Part shown: positions 18,793-28,669 of the stretch, one piece after another | Layout: the number at the start of each line of letters is the position of its first letter | Position numbering within the stretch: the first letter of the stretch is position 1 | From: Candidatus Brocadia sp. | GTDB taxonomy: Bacteria > Planctomycetota > Brocadiia > Brocadiales > Brocadiaceae | DNA length: 32,000 nucleotides | Direction: 5' to 3' | Assembly: GCA_021650915.1 (NCBI GenBank) | Contig: CP091279.1 | Coordinates: 120,001-152,000, forward strand | Translations under genes and position numbers: made by a program | Notes under the pieces: model-generated | Seen by the model: the letters and a program-made list of their open reading frames with translations, nothing else | The model's database searches: none | Told to the model about the DNA's origin: nothing

Positions 18793-19560
18793 TTATCGAA
18801 AGCTGTGTGAACTACCGATCAAAAAGCTGGTGCCCACGTATGTCATCATGAGTATAATAAATCCTACGATAGCCATTGGCGGCTTATATCGTTTTGCCTC
18901 CTGCCAGTAATCAAGATGCAGACACGTGGCATAGAAAAACCAGATGATTACAGACCAGACAACTTTTGCATCCCAGAGGAAATATGCCCCCCATGCGACG
19001 TAGCCCCACAAGCCTCCAAAAATCATTGAAACAGAAAAGATAACGAGACCATATTGAAATCCCAAATCAATAAGATGATCGTACGCCTTTTTTTCATCAC
19101 GGGTAAAATAACGCGCTACAGCCGCAGACATGGCGCTCACCCACAAGGCGTAACAAAAAAAGGAGAGGGGAACGTGTAAAACGTACCAGAGGGTCAGCAT
19201 CAGGGGCGGCGCGTAGCTCAATCCTTTTGGGAAATATGCAGCCGCCGCATAAAAACCATAGCCAACCCCAAAGAGAGACATGCGGTAGATATGGCTTTTT
19301 GTTCTCATATTTATGAGCAAAATAATAAAGGCTGCAACGGCAAATGCATTAAAGGACTCGAATTTGTTGGTCAAGGGAAAATACTCAATCGATATGCCAC
19401 GCAGCGTAATCGATGCAAGGTCGAGAACGATCATCCCTGCCAGAATCGGAAATCGGAGTTTTAACCGGGTAAATCCAATGCCCCAATATGCGGTATAGGC
19501 AATGAAACAGAGCCAATATAAATTGACTGACAATTGGTTGAGGAAATGAGCCGTATCCAT
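18793..19560 (-). CDS. ccsA: Cytochrome c assembly protein CcsA/ResC (heme handling, system II)
   Basis: 255 aa polytopic membrane protein with the Trp-rich WWD-type motif GGLWGYVAWGAYFLWDAKVVWS and conserved His residues. Confidence 0.85.
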   Translation of the reverse strand: MDTAHFLNQLSVNLYWLCFIAYTAYWGIGFTRLKLRFPILAGMIVLDLASITLRGISIEYFPLTNKFESFNAFAVAAFIILLINMRTKSHIYRMSLFGVGYGFYAAAAYFPKGLSYAPPLMLTLWYVLHVPLSFFCYALWVSAMSAAVARYFTRDEKKAYDHLIDLGFQYGLVIFSVSMIFGGLWGYVAWGAYFLWDAKVVWSVIIWFFYATCLHLDYWQEAKRYKPPMAIVGFIILMMTYVGTSFLIGSSHSFR

Positions 19561-19562
19561 AA

Positions 19563-20672
19563 TTACAAGGTAATCTCTATCTTTGCCTTTTCCCTAAGAT
19601 CCTTAATCGTGTTATTCATTTCAAGGGCAACCAGCTCCTCCCGGACTCTGTCTTTTACCTGGCTGAAACTGACATCTTTGGGCGGGGTTTTTGCAGTAAC
19701 CTTGATAAGATGATACCCAAATTCCGTTTTGACCGGATCACTCACCTTACCCACCTCCGTAGCAAAAGCAGCTTTGGCAAACTCTTCTACCATGACGCCG
19801 TGCCGGGGGAACGAACCGAGCTCTCCGCCCGTTTTGCCGGTCGGACAGTCAGAATATTTTTTAGCCAATTCGGCAAAATCGGCCCCCTCATCGAGTTCTT
19901 TTTTTATTGATGCAATCTTTGCCCGCGCGCCCTCTATTTCCTCCGGCGTCTTCTTTCCTTTGGTATCAACCAGGATATGACTCGCCGTAACGGTTTCACC
20001 ATTGAAATTACTAATATTTTTCATAAAATAATCTTCTAGTTTTTTCTCGTCGATACCCTTGGATACGTAATTTTCAATCGCGGCCGACATGTTAATTGCA
20101 GTTTTTAACTCTTCAATGTTACTCCCCTGAAATTCCAAAAACTGCTCCAAGGTTTTGTCCTTCGTGGCAGGATTATTTTTAATATTATCCCGCATCTTAG
20201 CAATCTCTTTGTCTACCACTTCTGCCGGGACGCTCAGCTTTTTTTCCACCACGAATTGCCGTAATAAACTCTGCGTTACGAGCTGATCGGTAATCTGCTC
20301 CTCCATAGAAGATATTGTGGCAGGATTCACATGATTTTTAAACCGGTCCAGAATTTTATCGAGATCTTTTCGGAGAATTTTTTCGTTATTTACCGTTGCA
20401 ATAACTTTGTTAGGATCGGCCTTTTCTTTCTTGCCATGGACACTGCCCATACCGTGTCCACCCGAGCCGTTTTCTTCCGCAGCCATTCCTAATGAATGCA
20501 TTTTTTCCTTATCTTCTTTGTTAAAATTAACATTCTGATGTATTTTTGCAAAATCCTGTTCTGCAGATTCATTGCTTGCCTGTGAACTGCCCGATTCATT
20601 CCTCTGACAGCCACAAAGAGAGAAAGCCACGAAAATTGCAAAAACAGAAAAAAGAGCGATTCCTTTTACCAT
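19563..20672 (-). CDS. Parvulin-type peptidyl-prolyl cis-trans isomerase (SurA/PrsA-like lipoprotein)
   Basis: 369 aa. Signal peptide with lipobox FSLCGC, a SurA-like N-terminal chaperone region, and a PpiC domain (ASHILV..AKKYSDCPTGKTGGELG..FGYHLIKV). Confidence 0.8.
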   Translation of the reverse strand: MVKGIALFSVFAIFVAFSLCGCQRNESGSSQASNESAEQDFAKIHQNVNFNKEDKEKMHSLGMAAEENGSGGHGMGSVHGKKEKADPNKVIATVNNEKILRKDLDKILDRFKNHVNPATISSMEEQITDQLVTQSLLRQFVVEKKLSVPAEVVDKEIAKMRDNIKNNPATKDKTLEQFLEFQGSNIEELKTAINMSAAIENYVSKGIDEKKLEDYFMKNISNFNGETVTASHILVDTKGKKTPEEIEGARAKIASIKKELDEGADFAELAKKYSDCPTGKTGGELGSFPRHGVMVEEFAKAAFATEVGKVSDPVKTEFGYHLIKVTAKTPPKDVSFSQVKDRVREELVALEMNNTIKDLREKAKIEITL

Positions 20673-20721
20673 AACAACTCCTTCATTAATGATACTTCTG
20701 GCTAGAAAAACTAAAAATTAG

Positions 20722-20952
20722 TTAAAGAGATGGGGCGGTATGCTTTCTTCCATAATAATCCGTGATAAGCTTCAGGAGGTCTTCTTCCTTCAGGTTTGAG
20801 ATATAGTCGAGTGCAATATCTACAAGAAGGTCGACAGAAAGCCGGGGATTCTTTGCAGTAATCGATTGTAATGCCTCATAAATCTCAGGACTGATTTCTA
20901 AGGCTGTTTTTGACTTAAATAGATGATATTTTATGAGCTTGATATTATCCAT
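20722..20952 (-). CDS. Small hypothetical protein (76 aa)
   Basis: The only ORF of plausible size in this interval. No motif recognised. Confidence 0.35.
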   Translation of the reverse strand: MDNIKLIKYHLFKSKTALEISPEIYEALQSITAKNPRLSVDLLVDIALDYISNLKEEDLLKLITDYYGRKHTAPSL

Positions 20953-21061
20953 GATTTTATCTTTTCAAAACACCTGATAAAGGAAATTGGTTCCGCAATT
21001 ATCTTATTTTCTATAATTAATTTGGACAACCGATCTCATCCGCGCATTAAGAGCTGTCATA

Positions 21062-21146
21062 TGGGCGAGGTGGGAGTCGAACCCACACAACCTTTAAGGG
21101 TCAAAGGATTTTAAGTCCTTCGTGTCTGCCATTCCACCACTCGCCC
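21062..21146 (-). tRNA. tRNA-Leu (anticodon UAA)
   Basis: Hand-folded cloverleaf: acceptor GGGCGAG/CTCGCCC, anticodon stem AAGGA/TCCTT with loop CTTAAAA, long variable arm, T arm GTGGG-TTCGACT-CCCAC. CCA is not encoded. Confidence 0.9.
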
Positions 21147-21304
21147 ACTGGTATCTTTGTTTGCCGTTTCGTCACAAATGGTAAGAATAAAAAGAAATTT
21201 CTCCCGTGCACAATTTTCACACGCCGCTCTCACTTTTTTCTATTTTCTTTCCTTCCTTTTCCCGTGGCATTACATTCACTCGCATCTAACCGTATTTTAA
21301 CAAA

Positions 21305-21377
21305 AGGCGGCTCTGGGATTCGAACCCAGGATAACGGTTTTGCAAACCGTGGCCTTAGTCCACTTGGCGAAGCCGCC
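21305..21377 (-). tRNA. tRNA-Cys (anticodon GCA)
   Basis: Acceptor GGCGGCT/AGCCGCC, anticodon stem ACGGT/ACCGT with loop TTGCAAA, T arm CCTGG-GTTCGAAT-CCCAG. Confidence 0.9.
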
Positions 21378-21576
21378 ACTTCTGTCTTTTAATATTTAAG
21401 TTTTTTATGTTACCATCTAAAAATAATTAAGGCAAGATGTTTTTTCGCCACTTCAATCTACTCGCACGAATTCTTCTAAGTTTTCGGTAACGGTGATTCC
21501 TCTGCAAACAAAAAGGGGAAGACAGAGCCTTCCCCTTCGTCGCATCGTGAACAGCGCACAAAAAACGCAGAAGTTT

Positions 21577-22419
21577 TTACTTTAAATTTTTTAATGCCTT
21601 TTCCATCCTGGACAGGAGGATACTCACCTCATCAAGCGCTATCTCAGGCGCAGTGACCCTTTCGCATAATAAAGCAAACGTCTTATCAATCTCTTCGGCG
21701 GTCTTATTTCCTGATTCCGTGAGCGGGAAACGCGGTCCTGATGTGGAAGAAGTTTCAGGCGTCACCGATGCATCCGGTTGCTTGATCTTTGCCAATTCTG
21801 CCTCTAAGGCCTCTTTTGCCTTCTGGAGTTCTGTGATTGCCTTCTGTTTTTCTGCAAGTTCCTGATCCGCTAATTTTTTTGCCTCGGTATAATAAATAAG
21901 CTGATTTTTAACATCTTCCCGGTCTCTCTTAATATCCGTAATCTGCAATTCAAATTTCTCTGACAAACCCTTACTATCTGCTTCAACGGCATTAAACTGT
22001 TCCGCTAATTTGGCTTTTGCATTCTCTAATTCCGTGAGCTTGTTTTGCTGCTCCAGGATGGTATTTTGCAATCCGCTTATCTGAACCCCGACAGCCGCCT
22101 TAATAGCGCCGAAGGTATCCACCTCTTTCTGGAGCTCAGACGCCTTTGCCACAAAACCATCTTTTTCGGCAGTACATGCCGTTAACTTATCCTCGACCTC
22201 TTTCTTTGCAACTTCAGCCTTATCTAAATTTTCCATAAGTTCCGGAACTTTTAAAACCTCCTTGCGACCGGCACCCAGTTGCCGTTCAAGGCCGTGCACC
22301 CGCTCTTTCTGTAACCGGTATTTTTCAGTAACCGATACGCCAAATCCAACACACAGCAGTCCAAAAAGACCTACCAATACTACCATAATTGCCTTTGCCT
22401 TCGTATTACAGCTCGACAT
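21577..22419 (-). CDS. Membrane-anchored coiled-coil protein (hypothetical)
   Basis: 280 aa. One N-terminal TM helix, then a long heptad-like region rich in E, K, A and L. Confidence 0.6.
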   Translation of the reverse strand: MSSCNTKAKAIMVVLVGLFGLLCVGFGVSVTEKYRLQKERVHGLERQLGAGRKEVLKVPELMENLDKAEVAKKEVEDKLTACTAEKDGFVAKASELQKEVDTFGAIKAAVGVQISGLQNTILEQQNKLTELENAKAKLAEQFNAVEADSKGLSEKFELQITDIKRDREDVKNQLIYYTEAKKLADQELAEKQKAITELQKAKEALEAELAKIKQPDASVTPETSSTSGPRFPLTESGNKTAEEIDKTFALLCERVTAPEIALDEVSILLSRMEKALKNLK

Positions 22420-22721
22420 ACCTGCCCCCCCTTTTGGTGTACTTTGGTTAAATTTTTAATAGTTGCTATAGAAGATTTTAAGGTATTTACAAAAATGATC
22501 GGATACAAATAATAGCAAAAGGCAGCTCTCGTTTCAAGTAAAATTGTTCCTGCAAATTGGCAACAATTTAGACTTGATTTTCAGGATCGCAAATTACGAT
22601 AATATGATGAGGGTGATAATCCACAATAATAAATCCGCGATCAAATAACGACAATCTGCAGAAACAATGGACCTCATTCCATTTTTTGTATCTTGTTAAC
22701 CTGCATTAATGAAAGACCCGT

Positions 22722-25700
22722 ATGAAGAACGAAAATTTTGTCCATCTCCATGTCCATAGTGAATATAGTCTTCTTGACGGCGCCTGCAAAATCAGTGATC
22801 TTGTTGATAAAGCCTTGCAGCTGAAAATGCCCGCCCTTGCCCTGACCGATCATGGGAATATGTTTGGCGCTGTGGAGTTTTATGAAATGGCAAGGTCAAA
22901 AGGAATAAAGCCCATATTGGGATATGAGGCCTATGTGGCACAGGGCAGTCGTTTTGATAAAGAAGCGAAAAACGGAAAGGAAACGATCAGCCACATCACC
23001 CTCCTTGCAGAAGATAACGAAGGATATCGCAATCTTCTCAAGCTCACAACATCAGCATATCTTGAGGGCTTTTACTACAAACCAAGAATCGACAAGGCAA
23101 TCCTGAAGGCGCATGCCACAGGGCTCATTTGCCTCAGTGGCTGCATGACCTCGGAAATTAATCGTTATTTAGTACAGAACCGCACGGAAGAGGCATCACA
23201 GGTAGCAAGGGAATTCAAGGATATCTTTGGGCCAGAGCATTTTTACCTGGAAGTCCAAAACAACGGAATCGAACATCAGGCAAAGTTGGTATCAGACGCG
23301 GCGGAGATAGGAAGGAAGTTCGGCATCCCGCTTGTTGCAACCAACGACATCCACTATTTGAATATGGATGACGCTACCGCCCACGATGCCCTGCTCTGCA
23401 TTAATACCGGGAAACATCTATCGGACGTCCAAAGGATGCGTTTCGGAACGAACGAATTTTATTTCAAAAACTTTCAGGAGATGCACACCGTCTTCCAGCA
23501 TATACCCGAGGCCTTAGAGAATACAGTAAAAATCGCCAACCGCTGTAATGTGGAAATGACCTTCGGGAAGATGCACCTGCCCAAATTTACCGCACCAAAC
23601 GGTATGACCAACAATGCCTATCTGAGAAAACTCTGCGAGGAGGGCGCCGTGCAAATATACGGTTCTCTTAACCAGAATATCCGCGACCGTCTGGATTACG
23701 AGCTAAAGGTTATCGAAAGCACGGGATTTGTGGATTATTTTTTAATTGTCTGGGACTTTATTCACTTTGCCATTCAGCATCGTATTCCCGCTACAGGCCG
23801 TGGTTCAGGCGCCGGCAGTCTCGTTGCCTACGTGCTGAATATTACAAACATTGACCCCCTTGAAAACGATTTGCTCTTTGAGCGGTTTCTGAATGCGGAG
23901 AGAATCTCCATGCCTGATCTGGATATTGATTTCTGCGCTGAAGGCCGCGAAAAGGTCATTCAGTACGTCCGGCAAAAATACGGCGGCGACAGCAACGTCG
24001 CCCAGATCATCACCTTTGGAACGATGAAGGCAAAGGCCGTCATCCGGGACGTCGGACGGGTGATGAATATACCGTTATCCGAAGTAGACAAGGTGGCCAA
24101 ATTGATCCCCAATACCCTTAACATAACTTTAAAGGAGGCCCTGGAGCAGGAGCCAGCGCTCAAAGCGCTGTATGAAAACGAAAAACATATTCATGATCTG
24201 TTTGACATTTCCAAAAAACTGGAGGGACTCTGCCGCCACGCATCGGTGCATGCTGCAGGTATCGTCATTTCAGACGAACCGTTAACTGAATACGTCCCCT
24301 TGGCAAAGAATGGAGACGTGGTTACCACACAATTTTATGATGAAATCCTGGTAGATAAAATCGGGTTGCTGAAGGCAGATTTTCTTGGCGTCCGGAAACT
24401 AACCGTCCTTGATAAGGCCCTGAAACTGATCCGGGAAACGACGGGTAAGGACATTGATCTGACAAAGATTCCTATGGATGACAGGAAAACATATGAATTA
24501 TTATCCCGCGGGAATGTAAAGGGGGTCTTCCAGGTAGAAACCAGTCGTGGCTTTAAAGAACTGCTCAAAAAGCTAAAACCCGATACCTTTGCAGACATCT
24601 TACCCCTCGTGGCATTGTACAGGCCTGGTCCTTTGCAAAGTGGGATGGTAGACTCCTTTATTAACCGAAAGCACGGCAGGGAAGAGGTTGCCTATCCTCA
24701 TCCTTTCCTAGAACCGATCCTGAAAGAGACCTACGGCGTAATTTTATACCAGGAGCAGGTCATGCGTATTGCCAACCGTTTGGCAGGATTTTCCCTGAAT
24801 CAGGCCGACAACCTTCGCAAAGCCATGGGAAAGAAGAAGCCGGAGATTATGGCAAAATTCAAGGACCAGTTCATCAACGGCGCAGTCGCGAATGGAATCC
24901 CGAAAGAGACTGCGGTCAGCATATTCGAATTGATGGAATATTTTGCAGGTTACGGATTTAACAAATCTCATTCTGCAGCCTATGCGGTAATCACGTACCA
25001 AACCGCTTATCTGAAGGCGAACTACCCGGTACAGTACATGGTTGCCCAACTCAGTTGTGAAAAACAGAATATGGATAAGATCGTGGACTATATTGAGGAC
25101 TGCCGCCACACGGGCATCGGGGTGCTTCCCCCCGATATCAACGAAAGTCAAAACGACTTTACCATCTCCCAGGGAAACAAGATACGGTTTGGATTAGGGG
25201 CAATCAAAAATGTGGGCGATAAGGCTATCGAGTCCATTATACAGTCACGGGACAAAGGGGAACGCTATACCTCAATCCTGGATCTATGCAAACGGGTTGA
25301 TATGCGGGTTGTCAACAAACAGGTACTCGAGTCTTTGATCAAATCCGGATGTTTTGACTCACTGCATGACAACCGGGCAAAACTCCTTGCCGGACTCGAT
25401 ACGGCTATGCAATTAGGCGGTATAGCAGGTAAAGAAAGACGAAAGGGGCAAAAATCCCTGTTTGCCATTGGAAGTGATCTGGATATTGCCGTGAAGGCAG
25501 ATGCCGGAACAGAGACTGAGGTGAAGCAGTGGACAGAAAAAGAGATCCGTCAGGCAGAGAAGGAAAGCCTCGGTTTCTACCTGAGTTCGCATCCATTGAA
25601 TGTCTGCCAGCAAAAGATTAAACAGTTGTCTACCGTGTCTTCAGCAGAAATGTCAGAACATGCTGATGGAGAAGAGATCATTATCGGGGGTATTGTCACC

Positions 25701-26192
25701 AATCTGAAACCGAGTGTAACGAAACGGGGCGATCCCATGATGTATATCACCCTGGAAGATATGAAGGGCGCCGTTGAGTGCGTTATCTTTAGCAAAGAAA
25801 TGAAGTCGCATCAGTCGTTATTAAACATGGATGAAATTGTTTTCGTGAAGGGCCAGATTGGTTTCCAGAGCACTGCCCCGTCCATACGGATAAAAGAGAT
25901 GATAGCCGAAAAAGACGCACTAAAGCGTCTGACCAAATGCATAACACTTCGGTTTGAAGGAGCACATTTTGATGAGGTAAAATTAAATCAGCTCAGGGAA
26001 ATCATCAAGAAACACTCCGGCACATGCCCGCTCTTCCTCGAAATCAGCAACCCCGAACAAACCAGCACAGTAATTAAAGCCTCAAGTCAATATTTCACAT
26101 CGGTAACGGACAATTTTCTGTCTTGTATAAAAGAACTCTTTGGTCCCGATGCGCTCAAGCTTAATCAGAGAGAAATGCTTGCTATGGTTTAA
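22722..26192 (+). CDS. dnaE: DNA polymerase III alpha subunit
   Basis: 1156 aa. N-terminal PHP domain (FVHLHVHSEYSLLDG), polymerase core (PDLDIDF, GLLKADFLG, YRPGP, FNKSHSAAYA), HhH region and a C-terminal OB-fold region. Confidence 0.97.
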   Translation: MKNENFVHLHVHSEYSLLDGACKISDLVDKALQLKMPALALTDHGNMFGAVEFYEMARSKGIKPILGYEAYVAQGSRFDKEAKNGKETISHITLLAEDNEGYRNLLKLTTSAYLEGFYYKPRIDKAILKAHATGLICLSGCMTSEINRYLVQNRTEEASQVAREFKDIFGPEHFYLEVQNNGIEHQAKLVSDAAEIGRKFGIPLVATNDIHYLNMDDATAHDALLCINTGKHLSDVQRMRFGTNEFYFKNFQEMHTVFQHIPEALENTVKIANRCNVEMTFGKMHLPKFTAPNGMTNNAYLRKLCEEGAVQIYGSLNQNIRDRLDYELKVIESTGFVDYFLIVWDFIHFAIQHRIPATGRGSGAGSLVAYVLNITNIDPLENDLLFERFLNAERISMPDLDIDFCAEGREKVIQYVRQKYGGDSNVAQIITFGTMKAKAVIRDVGRVMNIPLSEVDKVAKLIPNTLNITLKEALEQEPALKALYENEKHIHDLFDISKKLEGLCRHASVHAAGIVISDEPLTEYVPLAKNGDVVTTQFYDEILVDKIGLLKADFLGVRKLTVLDKALKLIRETTGKDIDLTKIPMDDRKTYELLSRGNVKGVFQVETSRGFKELLKKLKPDTFADILPLVALYRPGPLQSGMVDSFINRKHGREEVAYPHPFLEPILKETYGVILYQEQVMRIANRLAGFSLNQADNLRKAMGKKKPEIMAKFKDQFINGAVANGIPKETAVSIFELMEYFAGYGFNKSHSAAYAVITYQTAYLKANYPVQYMVAQLSCEKQNMDKIVDYIEDCRHTGIGVLPPDINESQNDFTISQGNKIRFGLGAIKNVGDKAIESIIQSRDKGERYTSILDLCKRVDMRVVNKQVLESLIKSGCFDSLHDNRAKLLAGLDTAMQLGGIAGKERRKGQKSLFAIGSDLDIAVKADAGTETEVKQWTEKEIRQAEKESLGFYLSSHPLNVCQQKIKQLSTVSSAEMSEHADGEEIIIGGIVTNLKPSVTKRGDPMMYITLEDMKGAVECVIFSKEMKSHQSLLNMDEIVFVKGQIGFQSTAPSIRIKEMIAEKDALKRLTKCITLRFEGAHFDEVKLNQLREIIKKHSGTCPLFLEISNPEQTSTVIKASSQYFTSVTDNFLSCIKELFGPDALKLNQREMLAMV

Positions 26193-26368
26193 AAGATTCT
26201 CCATGCCCGCACCCGGTGTTTTTGCCCTGAATGGGATGGCCGGTTAGCGTTAGAATATCTTCTTTCCTCACCGGTGGGATATTGTATCTATGCAAAATCT
26301 CTTCATTAAAAATTGCGGATAAGTGGCCTTTTTCTTATCAGCATTAGCATCCTTTTTGTCGTTGTTAC

Positions 26369-26404
26369 CTAGAATATAAAAAACACCAAACACCCTGCAT
26401 CGCC
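26369..26404. repeat. 36 bp direct repeat, first copy (second copy at 28634-28669)
   Basis: CTAGAATATAAAAAACACCAAACACCCTGCATCGCC directly precedes the left end of both IS-A copy C and copy D. In the second copy the CTAG is also the last 4 nt of copy C. Confidence 0.9.
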
Positions 26405-26507
26405 TTAACCCGACATTAGCAATTCGCGCCCAAAAAAGTTTATTTTTGGGCAAGAGTCGCCAGGAAACCCGTGATATTCAAGGGGTGAATTTTCAAAACG
26501 GCTTGTA

Positions 26508-28558
26508 GTGCCGACCTACCCTCTTGACGCATGCAGGGGGAAGTGCGAAAATGCTCGCATGCTTCTCCGGGAAAAGACACGAACGAAAGATGGAAAAACC
26601 CACCGTTATTGGAGCATGGTGGAGAACCGCCGGGTCAGCGGAAGAAGGGTGGTGCAGCGGCAGGTTCTCTATTTGGGAGAACCCAATGACAACCAACGCG
26701 CTGGGTGGGTTCGGACGATAGAGGCGGTGTCGGGTAAAGAACCCAGGCCAAGACAACTGGCATTGTTTCCGGACGACCGGGAAGCCATGCCGATACCGGA
26801 TGGTGAGACCGTTCAGGTGAGATTGGACAAAATAGAGCTGCGCCATCCACGGGAGTGGGGAGCAAGCTGGTTGGGATTGTATGTATAGTATTACTGTATA
26901 AAAACTTCTTTTTTCTGTGAGTTTTTTCACAAACCCCTTTCAGGAGGTACCGTTTTTTATGAGTGAAAGATTGCTTCGCTTCACTCGCAATGACAGCATG
27001 CAGTGTACCATCAAAGTGCATGGCCGGTGTCATTGCGAGGGCCTTTTCCGAAGCAATCTCCCCGCTTTCATAAAGGAAATTTGGTTGTGGCTGTGCCGCG
27101 CTATGGAATATGCTGGAACTGGACACATTCTGGAGGATGCGTCTGCCGTCAAGCCGGAAGGGGACAATCTGGTTGAATATACTGAAGGCGCTTGTCTGTT
27201 ACCGGTTGATCGATCCGGGAAGCGAATTTCGTTTTCACCGTGAGCGGTACGTGCGCAGCGCAATAGGCGATCTGCTGGGAGAGGATTATTCCCTGGCGCA
27301 GAAGGACAAGGCGTATCGTTGTTTGGATTTGTTGCTTGAGCATCGGGACGAGCTGTTTGCCTATTTAAAGGAGAAGTGGGGCAAGCTCTTTGGGGCGAAG
27401 TACGATGTACTGCTGTATGATTTGACGAGTACGTATTTTGAAAGTGACCCACCTCCGACTGGATCGGGGAGTAAGAAACGGTTTGGATATAGCCGGGACA
27501 AACGTTCGGATTGCGTGCAGGTGGTAGTGGCATTGGTGTTAACGCCGGAAGGATTTCCCGTGGCCTACGAAGTGTATCCGGGCAATACCAGAGACACCGC
27601 AACGCTGGAGGAATTTCTGGATCGGATTGAAAAGCAGTATGGGAAATTCCGGCGCACCTGGCTTATGGATCGCGGTATTCCAACGGAGGAGATGTTGGAA
27701 AAGATGCGTGAGCGCGGGATTGATTATTTGGTTGGGACTCCGAAGGGACATTTGACGCGAGTAGAAAAACCGTTGCTCGAACAAACCTGGATGCAGGCGA
27801 GGGAGAGCGTCCGCGTGAAAGTTCTTCGGCAGGAATCGGAGTTTTACGTTTACGTGGAAAGCCATGACCGGGTGTCTAAGGAGCGTGCCATGCGTAGGCG
27901 CAGACTCAGACGTCTGTGGGTGGGCTTGCGCGAACTTCGCAATCGAAAAGCCCTCACGCACGATGACCTGCTCATGCATATTGGCGCGTTAAAGAGAGAA
28001 GCCGGACGAGACTACAGGCTGGTCACGATCTCCATTCCCAAACCGCAGGAACCGGTCAATGAGAATACGTTCCGGTTCAGTTTGGATCGGGAACGCCTGA
28101 GGCAGGCGTATCGGCGCGAGGGGCGTTATTTGCTTCGTTCCAACATGCAGGCCACCGCGCCAGAAACCGTCTGGGAAAATTATTTGCTGTTGACACGGAT
28201 AGAACAGGCATTTAAGGACTTGAAGGGGTCTCTTTCCGTCCGCCCCCTATGGCATCAATTGGAACGGAGAATTGAAGCCCATATCTTTGTTTCCTTTTTG
28301 GCTTTTTGTCTCCACACGACACTGCGCAATCTTGCGCGGGGGAGGGCCGGAGGGCTGACGTCTGAAGCGATTTTGGAAAAACTGTCGGGCATTCAAATGA
28401 TAGACGTTCATTTACCGACCACGGATGGCCGTCATATTGTCATGAGTCGTTATACCCAGCCGGAGAAGGACGTTTTACTCCTTTTGGCACAATTGGGATT
28501 AACGCTTCCTGAACAACCGCCGCCCAAGGTTTACGCATCCGGACAGGTCGGCCTGTAG
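26508..28558 (+). pseudogene. IS-A transposase interrupted after ..WLGLYV by the 215 bp element
   Basis: ORFs 26508-26888 and 27110-28558 are the N- and C-terminal parts. The junction in intact copy E reads LYVWNMLELD. Confidence 0.85.
26887..27101. mobile_element. 215 bp insertion without terminal inverted repeats, carrying a long imperfect palindrome and flanked by TAT
   Basis: Absent from copies B and E. TAT lies on both sides (26884-26886 and 27102-27104). Palindrome: GATTGCTTCG..CTCGCAATGACA (about 26970-26995) pairs with TGTCATTGCGAG..CGAAGCAATC (about 27029-27058). Confidence 0.75.
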
Positions 28559-28633
28559 TGCCGACCTTTTTACATGACCCCTTGATTTTACTGGCTTAGC
28601 GGGTTGTATACCCCTCGAATTGCGAAAGTCGGG

Positions 28634-28669
28634 CTAGAATATAAAAAACACCAAACACCCTGCATCGCC
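28634..28669. repeat. 36 bp direct repeat, second copy
   Basis: Identical to 26369-26404. Confidence 0.9.

Larger units (their letters stand above)
26405..28637 (+). mobile_element. IS-A copy C, forward orientation, carrying a 215 bp insertion
   Basis: Left end TTAACCCGACATTAGCAATTCGCG, right end CGAATTGCGAAAGTCGGGCTAG. Collinear with copy E apart from 26887-27101. Confidence 0.85.

Noticed and set aside
22924-25795. Several 60-135 aa ORFs inside or antisense to dnaE: 22924-23106, 23960-24163, 24335-24598, 24744-25151, 25265-25468, 25405-25613 and 25577-25795.
   Set aside because: All are nested in a continuous, motif-rich 1156 aa DnaE frame, so they are shadow ORFs.
26268-26453. ORF of 61 aa crossing from unique sequence into the IS-A left end. 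A related ORF lies at 6543-6758.
   Set aside because: It reads through the IS terminal repeat (MPKNKLFWARIA.. is the translated IS end), so it is an artefact of the insertion.
26917-27243. ORF of 108 aa inside the 215 bp element. An in-frame ATG at 26960 preceded by AGGAGG would give MSERLLRFTRND...
   Set aside because: It reads across the palindrome and then out of frame into transposase sequence. In copy D the same ATG is cut off by the IS110 insertion. Most likely it is not a gene, although the AGGAGG-ATG spacing is noted.
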